Source: Emiliania huxleyi CCMP1516 (Eukaryota). From it: a stretch of DNA of 64,000 bases. Below, piece after piece: positions 34,471 through 46,147 of this stretch. Position 1 is the first letter of the stretch, and the number at the start of each line of letters is the position of its first letter. The stretch is taken from the NCBI RefSeq assembly GCF_000372725.1, contig NW_005201287.1, positions 527,081 through 591,080 of the forward strand, written 5' to 3'. The position numbers and the translations under genes were made by a program. The notes beneath the pieces are model-generated. The model had not been told where the DNA came from. It saw only the letters and a program-made list of their open reading frames with translations, and did not search any database.

Positions 34471-35442
34471 GGCTAGCGGGTCGTGGACGCGTTCGGACGC
34501 GTCGTGAGGGGCGTAAAACCCCAAAAAGTTTTTTTGTGATCGGGGGCACGGGACGCGGCACAGAAGGGGCACAAACGTCAGGCTACAAACACGGGGAGGC
34601 ACGTAGTGACGCAAGGGAGTCTAGGCGACGGTGGCGTCCTCCGACGCCGCGGCGAGCCTGCCTGTGACTGAGCTCGGTCGGTCGCAATCTCATTCGCCGC
34701 CGCGAGCTGCAGCGCGACTGACATGCGCTGGGCCTGCAGCGACAGCCACGTAGACCGCGTCGACCAGCTCGCCTCGTCCTCGTGCTGCCGCTTGGAGAGC
34801 TTGATGCTTGTTGCGCATCTTGTCCTTCATCATTCTGGTAGACGCAGCCGCTTGACCGCGTTGCACACCGGAAAAAGGTTTCTCGACCAGGTACGTCTGT
34901 ACGTCGGTGTCCGAGCGCGAGAGGGCGGCGTGCGCGGGTGCGCGTAGTCCGCCTTCTTGTTCCGACGCTTTCGCCCAGTCCCGTGCCTGCGGAACATCTG
35001 AAGGCTGTCTCGCCGGAGGCTCGCCCCAGCATCTCGGGTTCACTCGCCCCCCCGGGCAAGAAGGGAGGACCCCGTGAGGCGTGGGAGTGATTGGGGCCGG
35101 CTTTGCTTTTTCTCTCCGTGAGGACGATGGCTTCTAAGGAAGCCGTCGTCTGCGCCTTGTCGTGTGAATCGTGCGTGTGCGAGAGCCTTTTGCATCTGTA
35201 AGAAAAAAGAAGATGCTGACGGAAAGTGTGGTCTGAGCGCCTTGTAGGTGGCATGAAGGTTGCAGCGAGAATCGGCGAGGGACTGCGAAGGGAGATAGAA
35301 AGAGGCAGACGACAAAGGGTTAGGGTGGGCGACGGCTAGCACCACACTCCTCTCCTTAAAATCATCGTGTTTTCTTCTTTGAGCGCCTTGTACTCGAGTA
35401 AAAGTTCTGCCACCCCTCGCCGCTGAAGACAGTGCTCTCGCG

Positions 35443-36288
35443 ATGCCCAACATGGACGTCTCGCTGGACGAGCTCATCGCTTCGAACGCCAAGCAGGCGT
35501 CGAAGAAGCCGGGCCGCGGCGGTGGCGGGCGCGGGCGCGGCGGCGGGCGCGGCGGGCGCGGCATCACAAAGCCCGGCAAGAGGGCGGTTGTGGTCAAGAA
35601 AAAGGCCGGTGGTGGTGGTGGCGGCGGCCGGAAGCGGCAGGGCGCCGAGGTAAAGATCGGAGCTATGACGGATATCAAGCTCGCGGCGGGCGCCGTCGCC
35701 AACATGATGCGCGAAGGGACGCCGCCGAAAGTACTCGCCATCAGCCCGACGTGCGTCAACGCGGCCGTCAAGACGCTCGCGCTCGCCCGCCGCTACCTCG
35801 AGGAGGAGGGACTCGAGCTGATGGCGACGGTCGACTTTCCTGAGTTTGACGAGTCGGCCAACTCGGTCTCTCTCTCTCTCTCTCAAAAGCCCTCCTAATC
35901 CTTGTCTTCCTGCAAACCCTCACGGGCTCGGTCGTCTCCTCTCCAGGCGAACGTCGCGCTGCACCTCTCTCAGAAGCGGAAGCGGACGGACCTGTCGACG
36001 GTCGCGGCGCAGCTGCAAGTCTCCTCCTCCTCCGAGCCGTCCAAGGTAGCGGGCGCCGTGGCAGGCACGGCCCGCGAGTGCGCAGACCAGCCCGTCAAGC
36101 GGCTGTGCGTCTCGTGCGCCGGGCCGGCGGCGATGCTCGTCTCGCTCCAGGCGGTCTACCTCGCCCGCCGCTACCTCGAGGAGGACGGGCTCGACCTCTC
36201 CGTCGTGCCAGAGTTCGAGAATGTCGAGCGCGGGCCGTCGATCGTCCATCTCTTCACGCTCGTGCACAAGCCGAACGCGGCGCTCTGA
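35443..36288 (+). CDS. Tandem SpoVS-domain protein with N-terminal ALYREF-like (MDxSLDxxI) motif and RGG tract
   Basis: Exons 35443-35865 and 35947-36288 (GT-AG, phase 0). Two SpoVS-like units: VKIGAMTDIKLAAGAVANMMR...CVNAAVKTLALARRYLEEEG and LQVSSSSEPSKVAGAVAGTAR...AGPAAMLVSLQAVYLARRYLEEDG..VVPEF, compared with SpoVS LKVSAKSxPNSVAGAxA...GAGAxNQAVKAxAIARGF...PAF. Confidence 0.8.
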
Positions 36289-36704
36289 GAGCTGCGCCGC
36301 GAAGTCGTTGATGGTAGGAGGGGAAGAGAGGGCTGAGAGGCTGCTGTGTTCGGCCAACCCACACTCCCTAACTTATTTGTACGTACGTGTGAGTGTGTGC
36401 ATGGATGTCCGTGTGAGTATGTACAACTCTTTCGGTGAACAGCTGCCAGCTGTGTGTGGCACTTGGTGGAGTGCAGTTATCAACTCCGCACACCCCGCTG
36501 CGACGATTCTTTTTTCTCCTTTTTCGCGGTGTGTACGCCCCCCAGCGGTGCCGGCCGTTTCGCAATTTGCAGCGGCACAAATCTTGAACAGAGTGGGCCC
36601 CCTGGCGATTCTCGGTTGGCTTGTCGATTCTGTCTCGTCAGCGGGCGCCGAAGTGCAAGTGGCGGTTGCAAGGTTGCAACAACGGGAAACGCCTAAAACA
36701 CATC

Positions 36705-37121
36705 ATGGAGGAGATCGACGATGAGGACGCCCCGTCCGCGCTCCAAGAGATGGAGGCGACGATCGAAGCGATTCAGGACCTGCGCATGCAGTTTGCCCGG
36801 CAGTCTCGGCTCCTCGGAGAGCGAAGCCACGCGGCGACTGCAGAGGCTGAGAGCCTGCAGTCGCAAATGACCTCTGCGGTGCATGCGATTTTGGGAGAGC
36901 TGTCGGCAGGAGACCCGGGCGACTGCGGCGGTGGGTTGCAGCGAGAGGCGAGCAACGAGCCACACGTCACGCGGGCGGGCGCGGCGACGACCACTCGACC
37001 CAAGCGGCGGCCTCGGCCGGCTGCAGATGGCAGCACCAATCTCGACGCGGTGTCGCTCGCGGTCTCCAGCGTTCGCGGCCTGGCTAGCAGGCCGCTCCTT
37101 CCCCCGTGCGCAGGAAGATGA
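36705..37121 (+). CDS. Small hypothetical coiled-coil protein
   Basis: MEEIDDEDAPSALQEMEATIEAIQDLRMQFARQSRLL has heptad-like character; no family recognised. Confidence 0.35.
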   Translation: MEEIDDEDAPSALQEMEATIEAIQDLRMQFARQSRLLGERSHAATAEAESLQSQMTSAVHAILGELSAGDPGDCGGGLQREASNEPHVTRAGAATTTRPKRRPRPAADGSTNLDAVSLAVSSVRGLASRPLLPPCAGR

Positions 37122-37271
37122 TATGCACAGTCGGTTGAAATAACCGCAAATGAATTGAGACCACAGTCATTAGACAATTATTCGGCGGAGTGCTACAGAG
37201 TCAGAGAGGCGAGTCTGATGCAGGAGACAGGGAGAGAGTGTGTCACACAGTGGGTGCAATCATCCAGCTCT

Positions 37272-38333
37272 CTAGTACTCAACAAGCTGTGTGGCGTCTG
37301 GGCCGGCGTGGCCCATCGACAGCCCTGCGTTCCACGCAAAGCCTGCGCTGAAGCTCAGCAGCATGACTAGCGCCAACAGCGCCACCACCGCAGCCACCGC
37401 AGCCACCGCAGCCATCGCAGCCACCGCGACGCCCAGCGCGATGTGCGACGACTTGGCGTCGGCGATCGCGCCGGCTGCAGCCTGCGCGTGCCCCCACACC
37501 ACACCCGGCAGCGCCTCGCCGATAAAGGCGGGCAGATTGGCGAAGACGCGGTCGACGGCTCGGTCGACGATTGCCGTTTCGAAGTGGAGCCCGTCGAGGA
37601 CCTGCGGCACCACGCGGTCGACGATCCGGTCGACGTTGACACGGTCGACGATGCCGTCGACGTTGATCTGCTCGACAATCCGATCGACGTTCACCTGCTC
37701 GACCACCCGCTCCGCGAGGTACGCCGGGTTGACCGCCATGACGGCCCGGTCGACGATGTGGTCAGCGCCTTGGGCCGCGAGGCGGGTGGGGAGCCACGGC
37801 TGCTGCGGCGGCTCGCTGTCGGCGCGGCTGCGACGCGTGCTGCCCTGCGCGACCGCCCTGGTCCGCCTCCGCGGCATGATGGCGCCTTTGCATGATGGCG
37901 GCGCCGCCACGGAAGCGCCAGCAGAGGCTTCCCGCCGCGAGGCTTCCTCCTTCGAGGGTGGCAGGCATTTGAGGAAGTAGCTCTGCCAGCCGATCTGGGC
38001 GCGCGGGACGACGCTCGCCCTGGTCGAAGTTCCACCGCTGCGCCTGGTCAGGGCGACGCGCCACTTCTGCGCCTCCTCGGCAGAGCCGGCCATAAGGACG
38101 AGGCTTCGCTGACCCTTGCTCAGCCGGATGCAGTTGTCCTCGATGGCGGTGATTGCCGTGTCCTTCGTGACGGTGAAGGAGCCGCTCGCCGCGACCGCCT
38201 TCTCCTCCTCTCCGCCTTGCGGCTTGTACCACTCGAGCTTGTCACCACGCAGCGAGAAGTAGCGCCGCCGCCAAGGAGAGAAGGCGTTGTCGGAGTGCTT
38301 GCGCAGCCACCCCTCGGTGGTCGTGCGTGCCAT
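37272..38333 (-). CDS. PH-domain protein with (V/I)NVDxIVxx repeats and a C-terminal transmembrane segment
   Basis: EGWLRKHSDNAFSPWRRRYFSLRGDKLEWYK...LMAGSAEEAQKWRVAL is a classic PH domain; hydrophobic C-terminal stretch. Alternative upstream ATG at 38408. Confidence 0.8.
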   Translation of the reverse strand: MARTTTEGWLRKHSDNAFSPWRRRYFSLRGDKLEWYKPQGGEEEKAVAASGSFTVTKDTAITAIEDNCIRLSKGQRSLVLMAGSAEEAQKWRVALTRRSGGTSTRASVVPRAQIGWQSYFLKCLPPSKEEASRREASAGASVAAPPSCKGAIMPRRRTRAVAQGSTRRSRADSEPPQQPWLPTRLAAQGADHIVDRAVMAVNPAYLAERVVEQVNVDRIVEQINVDGIVDRVNVDRIVDRVVPQVLDGLHFETAIVDRAVDRVFANLPAFIGEALPGVVWGHAQAAAGAIADAKSSHIALGVAVAAMAAVAAVAAVVALLALVMLLSFSAGFAWNAGLSMGHAGPDATQLVEY

Positions 38334-38962
38334 TCTGTGCAGCCGGCCAATGAAGAGGAATGCGTAGGCCGCGGGGGTCGCGCTGCGGCTGTCGGCTGCT
38401 GAGGCCATGGCTGTAGAAGAGCGGTGTGGCGAGAGGACGAGGAGTCGGCCAGGAGAAGCGGGAAGGAAGCTTGAGGGACACGCAAAAGAATTTTACAACT
38501 CAAAAAGAATCGAAAGCGGAACGGGAGGCGCCTGAATCAAAAGACACGGCGACATCCTTGAGACGCGCGAGGGCAGCCTCCTTAAAAGGCAATGGGGTCT
38601 AGATTTGGAGCGCTCGCCGAAGAGGAGTACGACAAAATCGCGCCCGTGGTTGCCTGCACGCTGCCAGCACTGACAGACTCCCTGCCCGAAAGGAAGAGAG
38701 AGGAGCTCGCCGGAGAGGTGACGAGTGAACTACAGGTAGTGGGGAAGGCAGCTTCGATTGCCATACAGACATGGGCGCGAAACAACGACAAGACCAAGGC
38801 ACGGGCAGAGGAGCGAGAGAAGAACATAGCTCATAGGATGGATAGGGCGCCTGTTCACGGCATGGAGGGTGAGCCACGATGAACGTAATGAACGTAGAGC
38901 CGAACGAGAGGAAGCCGGGGAAGACGACTCCGAGGAGGACGAAACACCAGTGGTAATCCCGC

Positions 38963-39230
38963 CGTCAGCTGTCACGATATACCCGAAGGGAACCCCAGTG
39001 CCAGCACCGACCGTTGAGGTACAAGTGCTCGAAACGAGAGTGGACCTGAGCAACGACATGACTTGGCGGCAAATGATCGGAGTGGGAGTCAGAAATGTGG
39101 TCCTTGCGCGAGGAGAGCTCGATAAACTCGAGGGGCCAAAATCTGCCGCGAGGAGGGCGGAGTTACGCAGAGAGGCGAGAGAAGCAGCGAGAGCAAGGGA
39201 TCGGCAGACGGCAGCGGCGTTTCAAAACGA
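38963..39230. repeat. Dispersed repeat family member (copy at about 52735-52990)
   Basis: CGTCAGCTGTCA.GAT.TACCCGAAGGGAACCCCAG...GTACAAGTGCTCGAAACGAGAGTGGA.CTGAGCAACGACATGACTTGGCGGCAAATGATC is shared by both loci. Confidence 0.8.
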
Positions 39231-40775
39231 GGACGAACTGCGTGCGTTGTAGAGCGATGTAGAGGCGCTCTACAACGTGAAATCTCTACAACAAACTCTA
39301 CATCAAAAGCGGCGAACGAGGCACGGTCGCTCTCCGACATGAGGCGCGTTGCACTTGCTAAGTGCTGCCCTGGCCTTCTCTCTGCCCGCCCAATGGGTGG
39401 CAGGTGCCTCTGCTGCGACTGGCCGGCCTCGGCGCGTCAGCTCGGCTCGGCGTAGCGATAGTGGCCAGCGCAACTCGCCTGGACTCAACGATAGTGGCCA
39501 GCGCAACTCGCCTGGACTCAACGCTCAGCCAGGAGCTCCCGCACGCGCTGGCGCGAGTCATGGCGCATGCAACGCGCAGCAATGCTCGCCTCGCCTCGCG
39601 CAAATGCGACCGTCCTCGCAGCCGACAGTCCACCGCCTGCTTAAGAAGCACACCCTGAGTCTGAGAGCTGGTCTGGGGCAAAATCTGAGGCGAAACCGAG
39701 AAAACCGGCAACTTACCGGGTATTTTCCAGGTATACCCGGGTTTTCCAGGTATACCCGCAAAATACCCCGGTATTTTGCCGATTTTGCTGTTTTTCAGTG
39801 TATGTAGCTCTTACGTACATTCCCGTAGGAGGACTCTGCTGACATTTTTGGGCCCAAACCAGCTTATTTCCACGGAGTTTCCTCGGGAAACTAGAGAGGA
39901 AACGAGAGGGTGCTGTAGAGAAACACGGAAAAGGAACGAGACGGGTGAGCGAGGAAACATGCATGCAGCCTAATCATGGAGGCAACCGATGCGAGTCGAC
40001 TGGTGTGTGTCGTCGTGGTTTCGTATCAAGAATACTCACTCACTCACATCAGCTACTACGGTGCAAGGGAGAGAGATTTTTAGCAATTGTTTGTTTGCAT
40101 GTGTGCCAGCCAAGTGTATCGTGTGACGTGTGTTGCCCCGCCGCCGCAGAGTGCACATAACTCTCTCTCCCGCGGAGGCGCAGCTGAGCGGTGCCTCGGC
40201 TGGACACAGGGGAAAGGCAGCGAGCGAGCGGGGGCGCATCTGGGGCGGGTCGCGCCAGTCCCGTGCCCAGTGCCCTAATCTTTTCCTCGCACGGTGTACC
40301 TGTGTTAGGTGCCACCGGGCGCGCCAGTGCGGCGCCCGAATTCTTCTTAATAAATAGAGCAGTCATCTCCAGGGAGAGATGGGCGACGCACACAAAGCTC
40401 AAAGGAAATTTACTCCACCTCTGTTGCGGACGTCGACGGGGACGGGTTGATGGACATCGTGATCAGCAACGACGGCGCAGAGAATCAGCTCCTGTTTGGT
40501 TGCGTGCGAAATTTTTTTTTCTCAAACCGCGCCAGACCGGCGGCGCCGAAGTGGAACGGCGCCTCGCACGGCGGACACCAGCAATATTAATAATTGACTT
40601 GAGCCGCCATGGTAGGACGCCGCCCTGAATGATGACGGCAAAGCAGCCCGAATCATAGGCCATTGCTCCCTCAGTGTAAACGACTGTGAATACCGAACTC
40701 CCCCATTCACACCTAGTCACCGTGGCCCAACTGGGGTCAAGCCTGCACCCAACGGCCTCGCGACGACAGATATAC

Positions 40776-42212
40776 ATGGCCACACGCCTCCTCAACGTCG
40801 CCCTCGCTGCCTCCGCTACTGCGGCCGCCATGGGTGCCGCCTACGCGACGCGCGGCCCGCTCGCCGCCGCCTCTGTCGCCGGCTGGTTTGCGCTACACGT
40901 AACAATCGCCAAGATGTACGAGAGCGCCTGCGGCTCTCGCACGATCGCGGACTACCCTGGCTGGTCGTGGCTCGCCTCGCTCTGGCACGGCCTGCTGGCG
41001 ATGCCAATCCTCGTGTCTGCGACCGTGCTCCTCCTCCCAACCACCACGGCTGGCGTGGACGGCTTCCTGCGCGAGGGGTGGGAGCGGATGCCGTGGCCGC
41101 TCGAGCACGTCCACTACGCAATCTTCGGGTACATGCTCAAGGACTTTGTCCTCTACCCCGCCGGCATCGAGCTCGGCTACCTCGTCCACCACCTCATCAC
41201 CATCGCCGGCTGCACTCTCTGCCTCCACCTCCCCGCCGGCGCAGCGCTCACCACTCTCAACGGCGCGCAGGTTTGCCGCTCGGCCCTGCGCCGGCGCTGC
41301 CCACACACCGCCGGGGTGACACGCTCGCCGCTGGCGCCCGTTTCCGCTCCTGGCTCAACGCTGCCGCCCTCCCGGCCGCCAGGCGGAGGTGAGCTCGAGC
41401 CTCTTCAGCGTGCGCCATGTCTGGCCCTCGCCGCCCACCCGGCTACTCTACTACCTCTCGATGAGCGCCTCGAACGCCCTGGGTGCACTCCTCGCCCTCC
41501 GCCTCGCCGACATCGATACGCTCCCGCGCAGCCTCACCACCGCCTACGCCGTCGCCGCCGCCTCGCTCATCCTCTTGCGCCAGGCGCGCCGCCACGGGCC
41601 GAGATCGGGCCGAGATCGGGCCGAGATCGGGCCGAGACGCCCAGTCGAGATTGCACGAGATGTGGCCGAGAGGTGGCCGAGATGCCGGGATGTGACCCGG
41701 CGCGAGGGCGACAGTCCATCCCCTCCTCCGGCGCGCAGGGCGCTCTGCTGCTCGACCTTGCAGATTGGGTCGGCGGCAAGGCAGGCGGCAAGGGACGGGG
41801 CAAGGGAGGCGCCGAGGGAGGCGAGGGGCAGCCGCTGCTTGGCGTCGATCGAAGCCCCCTCTCCCCGCCGGTCAAGGGCCGCAGCCCGGCCGGCGGCAGC
41901 CCCGCCGCCTCCCGGCCGGAGCGGGCGCGGGCGAGCCCGGCAAAGAGCCGGGCGGGGGCGGGGGCGGGGGTGGGGGCGGGGGCGGGGGGGCGCTCCGCCT
42001 CCTCGCCGCGGGCGAGGGCCTCGCCCGCTCGGCCAGGCTCGACGCCGCAGCCCTTCCCGCCCGGCCTCGGGTACACTCCCAAGAGCAAGGCGCTGCACGC
42101 GTCGAGGCGGGCCGCCGCTGGACAGCGGGGCGAGACGGGCCTCGACGGCGCCGCCTGGCGCGTCGCGTCGCCGCGCAGGAGGTCGGCTGTGCCCGCGCGC
42201 TTCGACGAGTGA
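40776..42212 (+). CDS. TLC (TRAM/LAG1/CLN8) domain membrane protein
   Basis: Multiple TM helices with SLWHG, FGYMLKDF, YLVHHLIT and AEVSS motifs typical of TLC proteins; introns at about 41271-41382 and 41584-41738. Confidence 0.7.
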   Translation: MATRLLNVALAASATAAAMGAAYATRGPLAAASVAGWFALHVTIAKMYESACGSRTIADYPGWSWLASLWHGLLAMPILVSATVLLLPTTTAGVDGFLREGWERMPWPLEHVHYAIFGYMLKDFVLYPAGIELGYLVHHLITIAGCTLCLHLPAGAALTTLNGAQVCRSALRRRCPHTAGVTRSPLAPVSAPGSTLPPSRPPGGGELEPLQRAPCLALAAHPATLLPLDERLERPGCTPRPPPRRHRYAPAQPHHRLRRRRRLAHPLAPGAPPRAEIGPRSGRDRAETPSRDCTRCGREVAEMPGCDPARGRQSIPSSGAQGALLLDLADWVGGKAGGKGRGKGGAEGGEGQPLLGVDRSPLSPPVKGRSPAGGSPAASRPERARASPAKSRAGAGAGVGAGAGGRSASSPRARASPARPGSTPQPFPPGLGYTPKSKALHASRRAAAGQRGETGLDGAAWRVASPRRRSAVPARFDE

Positions 42213-42867
42213 AGAGGGCCTCGGGCGGCGCGGATGCGCGCAGCGCGACGCCGGCGCTGTCGACGAAGCACTAGCTCTAGCAGCCCCGGCGCGGAAGACT
42301 AGGAGCCCCCTGCCAGGTGCGGCTGGAACCCTGGATCGCATGGTGTCCTTAATTTGTCAGTTTTGGCCGAGGTCGACTCGCCACAGTCTCATCACCTTAG
42401 TAAGTATTAACACCTTCTCAATCTCGAATCTGGGTACTGGGAGACGACCGCCCTCCGGCTCCGCCGACCGGGGCCACGACGAGCGCGCAGGCGCCGCGCG
42501 TGTGAAAGTAGAAAGACGGGTTTTTAATTCACACGCGGCCGATATTTTCTTGAGACGTGTCTATTGAAGCGTATACGTCTATCATGCGATAATGCGTCGA
42601 ACTCGATACCATACGTAGTACACGTGTTGTGTGGCTCTTGTGCAGCACACATAAGACATGGACAGAGCTCAGAGGACTCAAGCTGGCCCCGCTCTCTCTC
42701 TCTCGCTCTCTCATCGCATACCGCCTCAAGCCAACATCACACGCGAGACGCGCTACCGAACGACCACAACAGCGGGCCGTTTCGGCGCAACGTAGGCTTT
42801 TGGTCAGCATTTAGCTGCTCTTGGATTTCCCGGAAGACGGCGTCAAGAAGAAGCTCCCCCAGAAGCA

Positions 42868-43250
42868 CTACGGAATAAAGCCTGCGTGGTTCGCGTCCAC
42901 GGCCAAGGCAAAGACCGACACGAGGCCATACACCAACGCGGTGCTGCGCCTGGACTCAACCGGTTGCGTGAGCATGTACGCCGCGCCGATCGCCGTGGCC
43001 AGCAACGTATTCCCCTCGATCCGATTCGAGGTGGTGGCCCATGCGACCAAATTCGCCCCGTCCTTACCAGCACCTGCCAGTGCGCTCAACCATTTCACAC
43101 AGTCCTCGTAGCTGATGCGCCGCCGAAGACGTCGTCGTTGCGCAATCCGCACGGGCTGAGGTGGGAACCGTACTTGAGCACGATGAAAGATCCTAGGGCA
43201 AGCGAGTAGAAGCCGAAGCCCACGTTGGACAAGATCGCGGACACTCGCAT
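42868..43250 (-). pseudogene. Frameshifted small membrane-protein-like ORF
   Basis: MRVSAILSNVGFGFYSLALGSFIVLKYG... changes frame near 43120 into ISYEDCVKWLSAL...LVYGLVSVFALAVDANHAG; flanked by dispersed repeats. Confidence 0.3.
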
Positions 43251-44134
43251 CGTTGTTTGATGATGGATTCCTCTCGATGTGAAGATCCCCCCATTCAGAT
43301 CCCCCCATTCGGTGGCGCGAACAGCTTCAGCTTTTCTCGCCCGCTCTGCTGAGGGCGAGGCGCCGAGCTTCGGTTCCAACGCTGCAGCACTCTCCCTCTA
43401 TTCACAGCAGAGAGGCGACGCGTCCTCACGCGCGTCCTCGTCCCCACCTGCTCTGCTTCAACGTGCTGCCATGGAGCCAGCGCGCCTCGCGCCATGATTC
43501 AATCGCCATGGCCGGAGCGCTGTGGACCGCAACGGTCCGTGGCCGCTGTGCGGCGGCACGCGCAGGCGCTGCACAGATCAGAGCATTGGCGCCGAGCATT
43601 CAGTTTCCGCATTCAGTTGTCGTTGTTCTGTCGGCTCGAACAGCCCGTACAGCCATTCAGCGGCTGGTGGATAGCGCACAGTCTCCACGGCGGATCCGTG
43701 AATCTCGTGCACACCGGCTGGAGGCGCAAAGCGCCGCCGCCGTATGGACCAGCCCGATGGACCGTGTTTGTGGTCGGGATGGACAGTCTTGGTGTGGCCG
43801 TCCAGCGTATCACTGCAGAATGAAGCAGCGACACGCAATACACAGACGAAGCTGGAACTGCCGGGTCCAGCGGCCGATCTGCGTCGGGCGATCGCTGGGA
43901 ATTGACCGAGCTTGCTGCTTCCGGAATGGCATCACGGATTTGCCTTCGTGGGTATGAGCATAGCAGCAAGCGGTCGCGCGATGGGACGCGCGACGCACAG
44001 CAAATACAGCAGCGAGAGCGTCTAGTGTTGACGCAGGTAACGGGCGAGGTCCTGGGTGCAGAACCCGCCCTGACTCTGCCGATCCACCGGATTGCGACTC
44101 GACTGCTGATACCAGTCAACTGCTGAACGTGTGC

Positions 44135-45240
44135 TGGCGGGCAGCTTGAACTGCTGTCGCCCCGCCAGAGTATATCTCGACTAGCTCTACATCGAGAAGA
44201 AAGTCGTCTCGGGCGCCGCGTCGTCGGCGGCGGGGCGGGCGGGCAGCTGGATCTGCTGTCGCCTCGCCGGAGTGTATCTCGACTAGCTCTCCATCGAGAA
44301 GAGCGTCGACTCGTGCGCCGCCTCGTCGGCGGCGTGGCAGGCGGGCAGCTGGATCTGCTGTCGCCTAGCCAGAGTATATCTCGACTCGCTCTTCATCGAG
44401 AAGAGCGTCGTCTCGTGCGCCGCCTCGTCGGCGGCGTGGCGGGCGGGCGGCTAGATGTGCCGTCGCCTCGCCAGAGTATATCTCGACTCGCTCTACATCG
44501 GCTAGAGTGTCGTCTCGTGCGCCGCCTCGTCGGCGGCGTGGCGAGCGAGCAGCTGGATCTGCTGTCGCCTCGCCAGAGTATATCTCGACTCGCTCTCCAT
44601 CGAGAAGAGCGTCGACTCGTGCGCCGTCTCGTCGGCGGCGTGGCGGGCGGGCGGCTGGATCTGCTGTCGCCTCGCCAGAGTGTATCTCGACTCGCTCTAC
44701 ATCGGCTAGAGCGTCGTCTCGTGCGCCGTCTCGTCGGCGGCGTGGCGGGCGAGCGGCTGGATCTGCTGTCGCCTCGCCGGAGCATATCTCGACTAGCTCT
44801 TCATCGAGAAGAGCGTCGTCTCGGGCGCCGTCTCGTCGGCGGCGTGGCTGGCGAGCAGCTGGATCTGCTATCGCCTCGCCAGAGCATATCTCGACTCGCT
44901 CTACATCGGCTAGAGCGTCGTCTCGTGCGCCGCCTCGTCGGAGGCGTGGCGGGCGGGCAGCTGGATGTGCTGTCGCCTCGCCAGAGCATATCTCGACTCG
45001 CTCTGCATCGGCTAGAGCGTCGTCTCGTGCGCCGCCTCGTCGGCGGCGTGGCGGGCGGGCAGCTGGATGTGCTGTCGCCTCGCCAGAGCATATCTCGACT
45101 AGCTCTCCATCGAGAAGAGCGTCGTCTCGTGCGTCGTCGTGCGCCGTCTCGTCGGCGGCGTGGCGGGCGGGCGGCTGGATCTGCTGTCGCCTCGCCGGAG
45201 TATATCTCGACTAGCTCTCCATCGAGAAGAGCGTCGACTC
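44135..45240. repeat. 102-bp minisatellite, left array (about 11 units)
   Basis: Unit translates as a 34-aa repeat LVRRLVGGVAGGQLDLLSPRQSISRLALHREERR. Confidence 0.9.
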
Positions 45241-45438
45241 TTGCGGCGCGCTGGCATCGCCGCCGCCGCCTACTCTCCTTAACCTCGGGGCGAGATCGAG
45301 ATCTCGGTGATCTCGGGCGGTCTCGAGCGAGATGTTGGACATGGGCTCGACGTGGTCCGCGTGAACTGATGTCGATCATCACGCCGTCGAGACTTTAGCA
45401 AGGCGTGTGGCGCGCCGGCAGAGCCGCCGCCGCCTAAG

Positions 45439-46141
45439 GTACTGTCAGGGTCCCTACGGGGAGCGACGGTTCGAAGGGTACTGTCTCGAGGTACTGTCAG
45501 GGTCCCTTCGGGGAGCGACGGTGCCTCGAGACGGTGCCGTACTGTCAGGGTCCCTACGGGGAGCGACGGTTCGAAGGGTACTGTCTCGAGGTACTGTCAG
45601 GGTCCCTTCGGGGAGCGACGGTGCCTCGAGACGGTGCCGTACTGTCAGGGTCCCTACGGGGAGCGACGGTTCGAAGGGTACTGTCTCGAGGTACTGTCAG
45701 GGTCCCTTCGGGGAGCGACGGTGCCTCGAGACGGTGCCGTACTGTCAGGGTCCCTACGGGGAGCGACGGTTCGAAGGGTACTGTCTCGAGGTACTGTCAG
45801 GGTCCCTTCGGGGAGCGACGGTGCCTCGAGACGGTGCCGTACTGTCAGGGTCCCTACGGGGAGCGACGGTTCGAAGGGTACTGTCTCGAGGTACTGTCAG
45901 GGTCTCTTCGGGGAGCGACGGTGCCTCGAGACGGTGCCGTACTGTCAGGGTCCCTACGGGGAGCGACGGTTCGAAGGGTACTGTCTCGAGGTACTGTCAG
46001 GGTCTCTTCGGGGAGCGACGGTGCCTCGAGACGGTGCCGTACTGTCAGGGTCCCTACGGGGAGCGACGGTTCGAAGGGTACTGTCTCGAGGTACTGTCAG
46101 GGTCCCTTCGGGGAGCGACGGTGCCGTACTGTCAGGGTCCC
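45439..46141. repeat. 100-bp satellite (about 7 near-identical units) nested inside the 102-bp array
   Basis: Unit = 32-bp core GTACTGTCAGGGTCCCTWCGGGGAGCGACGGT twice, separated by constant 20-bp and 16-bp linkers. Confidence 0.9.
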
Positions 46142-46147
46142 TGTGCC

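Noticed and set aside
45439..46141. CRISPR array (32-bp repeat with spacers)
   Set aside because: The spacers are two constant 16- and 20-bp linkers rather than unique sequences, there are no cas genes, and the context is eukaryotic.
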